A stretch of DNA of 54,967 nucleotides from Bacteroidales bacterium (GTDB lineage: Bacteria > Bacteroidota > Bacteroidia > Bacteroidales > JAGOPY01). The notes beneath the pieces were generated by a model. It had not been told where the DNA came from. It searched no databases and was given only the letters and a program-made list of their open reading frames with translations. How positions within the stretch are numbered: position 1 is the stretch's first letter; every line of letters starts with the position of its first letter. The stretch covers positions 1-54,967 of the forward strand of contig JAWOHY010000242.1 in assembly GCA_046484945.1 (NCBI GenBank). Reading direction: 5' to 3'. Both the position numbers and the translations under genes were made by a program. This document shows, one piece after another, positions 35,108-44,347 of this stretch.

Positions 35108-38100
35108 TTAAAATGAAATGGTTGTACCGAGGCGGAAAGTCCTGGCCTGGGGATATATTCCCCGGTCAATACCGATATCGAAAGAGCTCATGGCGCCGAT
35201 CTCCGGGTCAGCCCCGCTATATCCGGTAAAGGTGAACAGGTTTTCGGCCGAAAGATAAAACCGCCATGTCGTGGCACCGATCCGGTCGAGGAAACTTCTG
35301 GGAAGGGTATAGCCCACCTGGATGTTTTTCACCCGCAGGTAAGACCCGCTTTCAATGTACAGATCGGATATGCGGTAGTTATTATTGACGTCGAGCCATG
35401 TATAACGCGGAACGTCATCAGAGGTGCCTTCTCCTGTCCAGCGGTCGAGAGCGGAAACAGGCCGGTTGGTATACTGAAGGTCATGTCGTTGGATGCCATT
35501 GAAGATTTCATGACCAAAAGCGCCTGTCAGCAGGAACGAGAGGTCAAATTGTTTGTATTCAATGGAAGCATTCACGCCCAGTGTCCAGTCCGGTGTCGGA
35601 CTTCCAATCAAGGTGCGGTCTTTTTCATCCAGCACGCCATCACCATTGACATCGACAAACCTTACATCTCCCGGCTTTGCCCTGGGCTGTAAAAGTGCGC
35701 CGGTACTGCCGATATGCTGGAACACCTCGGCTTGATTCTGAAAGATGCCATCGGTCTGGTAACCCCAGAAATAGGCGATGGGAAGCCCTACTTCCGATCG
35801 GGTGACGGTTCCGGCAATCGCCCAGGTAGCGCCCGGAATGAACTCATCGTTATTACCGATGTTTGTCATTTTGTTTTTATTGTAAGCCGTGTTCACTCCG
35901 AAGGAGTAGCGCAGGTGCTCAAGATAATTCCGCCAGTTGACCGATATCTCGACGCCCTGGTTTTGTACGCTGCCAACATTGGCATAAGGCGGGAAGTTTC
36001 CGACATGTGCCGGAATATCAATGCGCTCCAGAAGCCCTTTGGTATTCTTATTGTAATAGTCAACCGTCAGGGTCAGACGGTTGTCAAAAGCCCCCAGGTC
36101 GATGGCAATATCGAGCTGTTCCGATTCTTCCCATTTTATATCCTTATTCTCGATATACTCTGGTGAAGCGCCCACAATCCTGCCTGCGCCAAAGATATAG
36201 CCCCTGCTTTTATCAATCGGTGAAACATATTGATAGTCGCCAATCTCCTGGTTTCCGTTAATTCCCCAAGAGGCCCGCAATTTAATAAAGCTGACCGGAC
36301 CGAGTTCGGGGATAAAGGATTCCTCCGTCAGCAGCCACGATATCCCCACCGATGGAAAAATACCGTACCTGTTGTTGGGGCCGAATTTGGAAGACCCGTC
36401 ACGGCGGATAATACCCGTAAAAGCATACCTGCTTTTAAAGTCGTAGGTAATACGGCCAAAAGTGGATAAAAGGGCCGAACTGGCTGCGCCGCCCGTTGCT
36501 ACCCATGCCGTATCAGTGGCCATGTTCAGGTAAATATTGTCGGGGTCTATGATCGGAACCTTGGAATTAAAGCCGGTCAGGTCCTCATAATTGTATTCAT
36601 AGGCTGTTGTACCTATCAGGGCTGAAAACCGGTGATCCTTGATCTTCTTTGTATAGGACAGGGTGTTTTCCCACTGCCAGCTGAAGTACCGGTCCATACT
36701 CTTAAAAACTGAGGTTTTTTCCAGGTTGTACTGGGCGCCGTTGAGGTAAAACAGCGGAGTGTATGTATCGTAGAGAACATAGGCCAGGTCGATGCCCAGG
36801 CTGGTCCGGAATTTCAGGCCTTCCAGGAATTCCACTTCGCCGAAGATACTTCCAACGATCTTGTCTACCCTGCTCTCGCCTCTTTGGAGCTCCAGAAGTG
36901 CCATGGGATTAACTACCTCCGCACCGACATATTCGGAAATCCCGTACACCTGTCCCGATGGATTTCTCACCACAGGATATTCAGAATAGGGGGGTAAGGA
37001 GAGGACTTCCGGATCTTCTTCATACAGCGGTGTGAGCGGGTCAAGGTTTAAAGCGCTGCTGTATACCCCGTTAAAAGATTGATTGGAAGCAATGCCTCTT
37101 CTGACAAGATGCGAATAGGACAGGTTGTTCCCAAAATTAAACCAGCTGGTAGGCTGGTGCCTGCTGTTGATCATCGCAGTGACCCGGTCGAATTGTGATT
37201 TATCGCCACCTATAATACCCTGCTGGGAAAAATAGGAAATGGAGGAGGCATAGGAGGATTTTTCATTACCGCCTGAGATCCCCAGATCATAATTCATAAT
37301 GGGGGCATTCTTCTGGAACATCAATTCCTGCCAATCGGTATCATATTGTGGTATTTCATCCAGGTCGAAGGGTTCATCTCTATCGGCATTTCGCGCCCCT
37401 TCATTCATCAGCATCCTGTATTGTTCAGCATCGAGCATGTCAATGGTTTTGGCTGCGTTTTGAATGCCGTAATAGCTGGAGAAGGTGAGGTTCATTTTGC
37501 CGGCTTTCCCGCTTTTTGTCGTGATCAGAACCACCCCATTGGCGGCCCTGGCGCCATAAATGGCTGCTGAAGCAGCATCTTTCAGCACATCGATCGACTC
37601 AATATCACCGGGATTGAGGTATTCAATACCACCCACCGCCATCCCATCGACGATATAAAGGGGGTCGGAATCACCGGTGGTGCCGGTTCCCCTGATCCGC
37701 ACGGTGGGGGCTTCCCCGGGCTGTCCAGAGAGATTGGTTACCTGCACCCCTGCAGTACGCCCTTGCATGGCCTGTTCGGCACGCAGGATAGGGGTCCGGG
37801 TGATTTCTTCCTCGGATACCGAAGAAATTGCGCCGGTTACCACCTTCTTTTGCTGCGTACCGTAACCGATGACCACCACCTCATCGAGTTGTGTCAGGTC
37901 GGCGTAGAGGGTCACATCAATGAAAGCACGGCCGTTCACCGGAATTTCTAAAGTTTTATACCCGATAAAGGAAAATACCAGCGTATCATTTTCACTGCTG
38001 ATAATAAGAGAATATTTTCCGTCGACATCAGTGATCGTTCCGTTATTTGTCCCCTTTTCGAGCACAGTTGCCCCGGGGATAGTGCCGGGCGTTGTCCCGT

Positions 38101-38200
38101 CCATCACAATTCCGGTAACGGTGTGGGTCTGTGCCGCCAGACCGGAAGTGAAACCAATGATCATGACGGGAATGATGATCTTGTGTAAGATTGCATTCAT
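35108..38200 (-). CDS. SusC/RagA-family TonB-dependent outer-membrane transporter
   Basis: Carboxypeptidase-regulatory-like N-domain (VTGIVMDG...GATVLEKGTNNGTITDVDGKYSL). TonB box DEVVVIGYGTQ. Plug and 22-strand-barrel length. Terminal ...FRLGTTISF. Confidence 0.95.
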   Translation of the reverse strand: MNAILHKIIIPVMIIGFTSGLAAQTHTVTGIVMDGTTPGTIPGATVLEKGTNNGTITDVDGKYSLIISSENDTLVFSFIGYKTLEIPVNGRAFIDVTLYADLTQLDEVVVIGYGTQQKKVVTGAISSVSEEEITRTPILRAEQAMQGRTAGVQVTNLSGQPGEAPTVRIRGTGTTGDSDPLYIVDGMAVGGIEYLNPGDIESIDVLKDAASAAIYGARAANGVVLITTKSGKAGKMNLTFSSYYGIQNAAKTIDMLDAEQYRMLMNEGARNADRDEPFDLDEIPQYDTDWQELMFQKNAPIMNYDLGISGGNEKSSYASSISYFSQQGIIGGDKSQFDRVTAMINSRHQPTSWFNFGNNLSYSHLVRRGIASNQSFNGVYSSALNLDPLTPLYEEDPEVLSLPPYSEYPVVRNPSGQVYGISEYVGAEVVNPMALLELQRGESRVDKIVGSIFGEVEFLEGLKFRTSLGIDLAYVLYDTYTPLFYLNGAQYNLEKTSVFKSMDRYFSWQWENTLSYTKKIKDHRFSALIGTTAYEYNYEDLTGFNSKVPIIDPDNIYLNMATDTAWVATGGAASSALLSTFGRITYDFKSRYAFTGIIRRDGSSKFGPNNRYGIFPSVGISWLLTEESFIPELGPVSFIKLRASWGINGNQEIGDYQYVSPIDKSRGYIFGAGRIVGASPEYIENKDIKWEESEQLDIAIDLGAFDNRLTLTVDYYNKNTKGLLERIDIPAHVGNFPPYANVGSVQNQGVEISVNWRNYLEHLRYSFGVNTAYNKNKMTNIGNNDEFIPGATWAIAGTVTRSEVGLPIAYFWGYQTDGIFQNQAEVFQHIGSTGALLQPRAKPGDVRFVDVNGDGVLDEKDRTLIGSPTPDWTLGVNASIEYKQFDLSFLLTGAFGHEIFNGIQRHDLQYTNRPVSALDRWTGEGTSDDVPRYTWLDVNNNYRISDLYIESGSYLRVKNIQVGYTLPRSFLDRIGATTWRFYLSAENLFTFTGYSGADPEIGAMSSFDIGIDRGIYPQARTFRLGTTISF

Positions 38201-38293
38201 CTGGTTAATTTTTTGACATTAATTTTGCAATTGATTAAAGCGAAGCGTTCTAATCAGGTTATGAAACGGGTCTGCAGGAAGTGATCGCCGCGA

Positions 38294-39418
38294 TTAGTCT
38301 TTTTGAAAAACACGGATATAATCGACCTTCATTTGCTGAGGGAATTGGGTGGTACCATCGGGATTCCCCGGCCAGTTCCCGCCAACGGCTATATTCATGA
38401 TAAACCAGAATTCCTGGTGAAATTCACTCATGGTTGGCTCCGTTATATTTACCTGGGTATAGGGTTGGTCATCCACGTACCATTTGATGGAATACTCATC
38501 CCATATGATCGAAAAAACATGATATGCTTCAGCAAAGGTTTTTGACGTCAAAGTAAAGCTGGTGCCGTAACTGGCATGGCCCTGTCCGTTATCCCAGTGG
38601 ATGGTACCATGACAGGTATTTTCCCGGTTATTTCCGCCAATCATCTCCATGATATCAATTTCACCGCAGGCAGGCCATCCAACGGTATTGATATCATTGC
38701 CCAGCATCCATAATGCCGGCCACATGCCCTGCCCCCTGGGAAGTAGCGCCCTGATATCGATCCGGCCATACCGGAATGATTTTTTGCCTTTGCTGATCAG
38801 GCGGGCTGAGGTATAGTTGCGGCTCATAAAATCCTCCTGCCGCGCTTCGATCGTGAGGACATCATCCGCAACCCATGCATTTTCAGACCGGTAATATTGC
38901 AGCTCATTGTTTCCCCATCCGCAAAGGTTTGGGCAACCGTCGCCGATATCGTACCCCCAGGATTCCGGATTAATGCTGTTGCCGTCAAATTCATCATGCC
39001 AGGCAAGCACATATCCCTCGTACTCCATCGGGGTGAAATATCCGTTTTCAAGCGGCACCGGGTCATACTCCTCAGCCAAAATGGTAACCACCTTCAGGGC
39101 TGTTATATACCTGCCTGATGCTCCATAAGCCCTTACAGTAATGGTATATTGACCTTCCTCTGAAAAAGTGTATCTGAAAAATCCAGTCTCATTCACCTCC
39201 ACCGGCGTGCCTGCATTTCCGATAAAGAGCTGGAATTGCACAGCATATTGCGCACTGGCCTGGATGACCGCTTCGCCCGTTTCCTGATCAATGGACAATA
39301 CTTCAACCACCAGATTGGAAGGATTTGAAAAGTCAACAGGATTATCTTCCTCACAGGCACAAAGCACCAGGATAATCATTAACAAAACCATGAGCCTAAG
39401 CATTGAAATATTTGGCAT
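38294..39418 (-). CDS. GH16 endo-beta-1,3(4)-glucanase (laminarinase-type), lipoprotein with N-terminal Ig-like domain
   Basis: Start set to ATG 39418 (MPNISMLRLMVLLMIILVLCAC). Catalytic motif GEIDIMEMIG (ExDxxE). WPALWMLG. Confidence 0.92.
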   Translation of the reverse strand: MPNISMLRLMVLLMIILVLCACEEDNPVDFSNPSNLVVEVLSIDQETGEAVIQASAQYAVQFQLFIGNAGTPVEVNETGFFRYTFSEEGQYTITVRAYGASGRYITALKVVTILAEEYDPVPLENGYFTPMEYEGYVLAWHDEFDGNSINPESWGYDIGDGCPNLCGWGNNELQYYRSENAWVADDVLTIEARQEDFMSRNYTSARLISKGKKSFRYGRIDIRALLPRGQGMWPALWMLGNDINTVGWPACGEIDIMEMIGGNNRENTCHGTIHWDNGQGHASYGTSFTLTSKTFAEAYHVFSIIWDEYSIKWYVDDQPYTQVNITEPTMSEFHQEFWFIMNIAVGGNWPGNPDGTTQFPQQMKVDYIRVFQKD

Positions 39419-39436
39419 GATCAATAATTAAAATAA

Positions 39437-39463
39437 GTGATGGCCGGCCATGCCGGCCATCAC
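39437..39463 (-). terminator. Perfect 12-bp GC-rich hairpin between the PKD-protein gene and GH16 (intra-operon terminator, attenuator or RNA-stability element)
   Basis: GTGATGGCCGGC-cat-GCCGGCCATCAC. T-rich tracts lie on both sides (minus-strand 3' side TTATTTTAATTATT). It ends 19 nt before the GH16 ATG. Confidence 0.5.
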
Positions 39464-39580
39464 TCTCCTTTTCTAACTAATCAAATACCAGGTCGCGAAT
39501 GTAGAAGATACCTTCCACTTCATGGCCTCCGCCACCAATACCAGGTAAAACGTAATTGACATAAAATATCCTGATAAACA

Positions 39581-41182
39581 TTAATAAAAATAAATGTTAT
39601 CAACAAATATGGTTGGAGATGCTCCAGTTCCAGCATCATCAAACTTCAATTGAATAACCGCTGTTAAGTCCGGTACAGTATATTCTGAAAGCAGAATATC
39701 GAAGCTCTTCCAAACACCTGCTTCAGTTGTAATTGTAACAGGATTCTCACCATTACCTATCACGGATAAATTTACATTGGTTTCAACTGAACAATAAACA
39801 TCTACATGAAGCTTAGTCTTGCCCGAAACGTTCTGAGGATTACCGGCAAAATCAATTCCCTGGTAATTCAAACCGGCCATCTTTATGACCTTTTCACCAG
39901 CAATTTCTATTTCTGTAGTCACAGTTGCCTGGCCCCAATTTGGATTAAGGTCAACCCCTGTAATGTCTGTGTAAGCATCGCTATAAACAGAAATAACGTT
40001 TTCTTCAGGCTCAGTAGGAGCAGGTGGGAGTTCCGTAGGATCCAGACTAATAGATACATTCTTTACAGCTTCTTTGGTACCACCGGTAGAACCTGTAGCT
40101 GTTAAGACAACCTCATATATACCTTCTGCAGCATAGGTATGAATCGGATTTTCCTCAGTAGAGGTATTACCATCACCAAAGTCCCAGCTATAGGAAATTG
40201 CATCTTTAGATTCATTTTCAAACGTTACAGTAAAACCGTCAACGCTAAAACTAAAATCTACAAAGAATGAAACCACTTCAGGCTCAAGGGCCGCATTGGA
40301 GTATGAAGCATAGTTAAATACCCAAACACCCCAATCGTAAATGAACTTAACAAACATATGGTCGTAGCCATCATTTTGAGTAATTTCCATTTCGAAGGAA
40401 ACACTGGTTTGTGGTGTAGAAACCTCACCTGTAGTTCCTGTCTTGACCAAGCCTATCCAGGCACCTTCTCCCATCAAAGTAACCGTATTAGTAGATGAAT
40501 TATACTCAAACTGATGTGTTCCACCCAGCCATGGGCTGAGATCTTCATTATTGGGTCCAACCATATTTGAGGGTATGGCTTCGAGGCATTCACCAACCAG
40601 ATCCGGATGGAATATGCCTCCTTCACCCCACATAAATCCTTTATCATCAAAAATATACTCCATATTTCTGGTGAAGGTAAATTCATGGAAGTACAGGCAG
40701 GGCCGGGAACCATCGTTCGCAAGGGACCACCAGTCATAGGGTGTATCCAGGCTGGGACCAACACCCATACTTGCATCTATTCTGAAAAGCTTCCAGGTTT
40801 TCGATACTTCTCCGGCCAGTAAAGCCAATGCTTCATCCGGATCCTTAATGTCGATGCTTTGCATAAAAGTGGCACTGGTGCCTTCATCATTCATGGCAGT
40901 CAGCACTACATCATATTTGCCCGCAGTGGCATAAACATGCACCGGGTTGACATCAGTGGAATTTTGTCCGTCTCCAAAATTCCAGTTATAGGATGTCGCA
41001 TTTTGAGAGAAGTTGGTAAAAGTAACTTCCAGGAAGTTGTCGGTGCTGATCTCAAACTGGAAGCTGGCAATCGGGTTCAGCACGTCCGGATCATCGTCTT
41101 TGCAGGAAACCAGTGTCATGAGTGAAGACACCGCGATCACCAGGAAAGACCAGTAAATCCATTGAAATGATTTCATTTTCAT
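39581..41182 (-). CDS. Surface lipoprotein with two PKD domains and a C-terminal CBM-like domain (SGBP-type glycan-binding protein candidate)
   Basis: Lipobox LVSCKDD. PKD signatures FTNFSQNATSYNWNFGDGQNS...HVYATAGKYDVVLTA and FENESKDAISYSWDFGDGNTS...HTYAAEGIYEVVLTA. Visibly lower GC than the rest of the PUL. Confidence 0.85.
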   Translation of the reverse strand: MKMKSFQWIYWSFLVIAVSSLMTLVSCKDDDPDVLNPIASFQFEISTDNFLEVTFTNFSQNATSYNWNFGDGQNSTDVNPVHVYATAGKYDVVLTAMNDEGTSATFMQSIDIKDPDEALALLAGEVSKTWKLFRIDASMGVGPSLDTPYDWWSLANDGSRPCLYFHEFTFTRNMEYIFDDKGFMWGEGGIFHPDLVGECLEAIPSNMVGPNNEDLSPWLGGTHQFEYNSSTNTVTLMGEGAWIGLVKTGTTGEVSTPQTSVSFEMEITQNDGYDHMFVKFIYDWGVWVFNYASYSNAALEPEVVSFFVDFSFSVDGFTVTFENESKDAISYSWDFGDGNTSTEENPIHTYAAEGIYEVVLTATGSTGGTKEAVKNVSISLDPTELPPAPTEPEENVISVYSDAYTDITGVDLNPNWGQATVTTEIEIAGEKVIKMAGLNYQGIDFAGNPQNVSGKTKLHVDVYCSVETNVNLSVIGNGENPVTITTEAGVWKSFDILLSEYTVPDLTAVIQLKFDDAGTGASPTIFVDNIYFY

Positions 41183-41307
41183 AATAAGGAATGTTAATAA
41201 ATTAATAAATTTTGGTTATTTTATCCCAACAAAGTAAATGTTAATAAGGTCTGAAACAAAATTTTTATTATGCTCAAAAACTCAGCATATACAAATTCTC
41301 ACTACAT

Positions 41308-41315
41308 CAAAATTA
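41308..41315 (-). promoter_or_regulatory. Candidate -7 box (TAATTTTG) for the PUL structural genes
   Basis: Exact TAnnTTTG on the minus strand, 125 nt upstream of the ATG at 41182, in the 248-nt AT-rich gap. Confidence 0.3.
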
Positions 41316-41430
41316 CATCATTATAATAGTATAATACTGAAAGAAAATTATTTAAATGTCTTATTGAAGGGTTAACTTACTTCTCATTAACCAGTTCAAA
41401 CCAGTAAATCGTGACTTGTAGCCTACAACC

Positions 41431-44319
41431 CTAAAATGACATGATAAAATCGGTGAGATTGGTATCATGCTCCAGGTTTAGTTTTTTACGGAGGCGGTAA
41501 CGGCTGATTTCAACCCCTCTCGTGGATATATTCATCAGGGTGGCGATTTCCTTGCTTGATATATTCAGCCGGAGATAAGCACAAAGCTTCATTTCACGTG
41601 GCGTCAGGTGAGGATGTTTGGATTTGAGGCGCTGGAGGAATTCCTCATGGACACTTTCAAAATGCTTCTCAAAGATTTCCCATTGATTTTCGGTGTCTAT
41701 CTCACGGTTGATCTTTCTTATCAATGCATGGATATGACTGGTGATCAGATCATCTCTGATTTCTCTCGACAACTGGCTGAGTTCCCTCTTTATAGCGATC
41801 AGGGATTTGCTCTTCTGGATCATCTGCATCGTGCTATTAGCCAGTTCTTTATCTTTCTGTCTCATTTCGGCGGAAAGTTGTTCGTTACTCAGCCTGATGA
41901 CCTCCTTTTCGGCCTCCAGCGCCTCGGTCTGAAGCTGTTTTTCCCTTTCCCTGAATAATTGCTTTTGCCGTTCTTCTTCAAGGGATAGGGATTTTGCCAT
42001 CCGATATTTTATATATTTAACCGTGAGTATGGAAAGAATGATGAAAACAATAAAATAAATAAGGTATGCCCACCATTTCAGGTACCAGGGAGGAAAAATC
42101 TCAAACAGCATAGTGCTGGATGAACTTTCCGTACCAAAAATGTTTTTTGCTTTCACATGAAATTTATAATTGCCTTTTTTAAGATTGGTGAACTCGCGCA
42201 TAGAAAGTTTTTGCCAGCCTGTCCAGTCATTTTCAAACCCTTCCAGGTAAGTGGAAAACTGTATGCTTTGCGGGTTTTCAAAATCATTGGCCGTGAATTC
42301 AAATTGCAGATGATTGAATTTGAAAGGAATGCCGGCTAAAATGGTTTCATCCATGGAATGTCCCTGGTATATCACTGAATCATATCCTGAAAAATAGACG
42401 CTACGGATAAAGGCCCTGAAAGGATACTGATAATTTTTCGGATATTCAGGGGTATAATGTACAAAGCCATCATGAGTGCCGAAAAAAACATGCTCGTCAC
42501 CCAGCGGATAAACGAACTGGAACCACTTGATGAATTTCCCTTTTAATTCCCGGAAGGGTACCTCGACCTTGACATAACTGCCATCCTCCTGCAGGCGGAA
42601 AACCCCGGCATCTTCCAGGGTAAAATACCATATGTTTCCTTTCTTATCAGGGTGCAGCTCATGTATGTTACTCCCCGGGAACATGGTATTCAGCTTGTCA
42701 TGTGGAATGAAAGTATTCGTTCTGATATCATATTTATAAAAGCCATCTTCAGTGGTAAATACCGGTTCGCCCATGATTTCAAAGACATTGATATTCTTTT
42801 CAGAAGGGAGCCCGTTATGCCGATCAAAAAACTCAACCCTTGTAATACTGTCGCATGCATCGTCCAGCCGGATCCTGAACACTCCCTTATAGCCATGGGT
42901 TATCCAGATCATGTTCTGACCGGCTTTGGCCAGATATCTTGATGATTCATGAAATCCCCCGATGGCTTTGCCTTCCTGCCAGGTATTGTCTTTCTTATCA
43001 AACTTAACCAGTCCGGTATAGGTACCGCAGATCAGCAAATCATCTCTGCCGGGGAGCTGCATAAATGTCCATCCTCCCTGAATATCAGAGATTAATCGTG
43101 TTTCTGTGCCATCAATGATGAAAACACCGGAATTATGCCCGCAAAACAAGGTCCCGTCGATCACCCTGAGATCCCACACCTGCCCCCGGGTTCCGGGAAT
43201 GATTTTAAAATCCTGATTACCGCCTTCATTTTGCAAATTCTCCCAATCATGATAAAAAACCCCGCGATTGGTTCCGAGATAAAGCAATCCGTCATGCATC
43301 ACGGCGGCGTATCCTGCGCTCAGGCTGTGGAAATGCGAAAAGTAGGTGAGGGGTGAATTGATCTCCACATAATCGATCCCTTTATCAAGACCGAGCCAGA
43401 GATTACCATATTGATCCGGTTTCATGCTCAGGATCGTGTTATTCTGCAAACCCTTTTTCAGATTGATGTGTTGCAAAATACCTCCCGCAGTATCACAAAT
43501 GACAAGCCCGTCCTGGATGGTACCGAAGGCATAGACTGTTTCGCTGAGGGCCAGTCCGCAATAGACCTGGTTTTGTTTCAGAATACTAAAAGCGGGATTC
43601 TGCCACTCCTTCAGGCTCATCCCGTCGAATTCAAAGATCCCTTTATCCGCCGTGGCGATCAGCAGATCATTTCCCTTTGGCAGGATTGCCCAGACAAGCT
43701 GTCCCCGGAGCCGGTCGGTACCGGGTACCTTCACCAGCCGGTCGTGGGCCAGGCGGTACAACCCCTCCGATTGATCATTGATATAGAGTTCGCTGTTAGC
43801 CAGAAAGGAAAAGTGAAAAATTACAGGTGCCGGGATGATGTTCATTTCTTCATCCTTTAAGATCATCAGTTGCTGGTACGACTGAAATACGATGCCGAAG
43901 GGCAGTTCATATATCTTCCAGACCTCGCCGAAATCCTGCTGGTGATCAGGTATAAGGTGCAGTAAAGACCTGTAAGACAAATCCCCGCCATTATCCCGGA
44001 TAAAATAACCGATCTGGTTAAAGCCGCCTGCATAGATCCTGCCGTCGGGTGTGGTTTTGACACTTCTGACGACGATATTCCCCGGCAAAGGGTAGTTCTG
44101 CCAGAATAAGCCGTCAAACTGAAGCACCCCGTCATTATTGGCAAAATAAGCCAGGCCCTCCGGGCTGATGTCAATCATCCACGTTTGCATTCCTGCCTGG
44201 ATGCCTGATACATCAAAATTCCTTACGTATGGAATGCCGATGCTTTTAACCTGTGGAAAAACTGCCTTGCCAATCAGCAAAAGGATGATGAGCAAAGAAT
44301 ATGTCAATGATTTTGACAT
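41431..44319 (-). CDS. Membrane-spanning one-component regulator: periplasmic beta-propeller/Y_Y_Y sensor, single TM, coiled coil, LuxR-type HTH
   Basis: Signal or anchor at the N-terminus and a long propeller-like region. Y_Y_Y-type segment ...NHLQFEFTANDFENPQSIQFSTYLEGFENDWTGW...GNYKFHVKAKN. TM WWAYLIYFIVFIILSILTV (about 42010-42080). Coiled coil (EEERQKQLFREREKQLQTEALEAEKE). C-terminal LTPREMKLCAYLRLNISSKEIATLMNISTRGVEISRYRLRKKL. No HisKA/HATPase or receiver motifs seen. Confidence 0.85.
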   Translation of the reverse strand: MSKSLTYSLLIILLLIGKAVFPQVKSIGIPYVRNFDVSGIQAGMQTWMIDISPEGLAYFANNDGVLQFDGLFWQNYPLPGNIVVRSVKTTPDGRIYAGGFNQIGYFIRDNGGDLSYRSLLHLIPDHQQDFGEVWKIYELPFGIVFQSYQQLMILKDEEMNIIPAPVIFHFSFLANSELYINDQSEGLYRLAHDRLVKVPGTDRLRGQLVWAILPKGNDLLIATADKGIFEFDGMSLKEWQNPAFSILKQNQVYCGLALSETVYAFGTIQDGLVICDTAGGILQHINLKKGLQNNTILSMKPDQYGNLWLGLDKGIDYVEINSPLTYFSHFHSLSAGYAAVMHDGLLYLGTNRGVFYHDWENLQNEGGNQDFKIIPGTRGQVWDLRVIDGTLFCGHNSGVFIIDGTETRLISDIQGGWTFMQLPGRDDLLICGTYTGLVKFDKKDNTWQEGKAIGGFHESSRYLAKAGQNMIWITHGYKGVFRIRLDDACDSITRVEFFDRHNGLPSEKNINVFEIMGEPVFTTEDGFYKYDIRTNTFIPHDKLNTMFPGSNIHELHPDKKGNIWYFTLEDAGVFRLQEDGSYVKVEVPFRELKGKFIKWFQFVYPLGDEHVFFGTHDGFVHYTPEYPKNYQYPFRAFIRSVYFSGYDSVIYQGHSMDETILAGIPFKFNHLQFEFTANDFENPQSIQFSTYLEGFENDWTGWQKLSMREFTNLKKGNYKFHVKAKNIFGTESSSSTMLFEIFPPWYLKWWAYLIYFIVFIILSILTVKYIKYRMAKSLSLEEERQKQLFREREKQLQTEALEAEKEVIRLSNEQLSAEMRQKDKELANSTMQMIQKSKSLIAIKRELSQLSREIRDDLITSHIHALIRKINREIDTENQWEIFEKHFESVHEEFLQRLKSKHPHLTPREMKLCAYLRLNISSKEIATLMNISTRGVEISRYRLRKKLNLEHDTNLTDFIMSF

Positions 44320-44347
44320 CAGTTAAAGGGCATTGGTAAATCTATTA

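Noticed and set aside
39473-39562. 29-aa minus-strand ORF (MSITFYLVLVAEAMKWKVSSTFATWYLIS) in the gap between the PKD-protein gene and GH16
   Set aside because: It is too short, has no recognisable motif, and ends just before the strong hairpin. Coding cannot be supported without conservation or ribosome profiling data.
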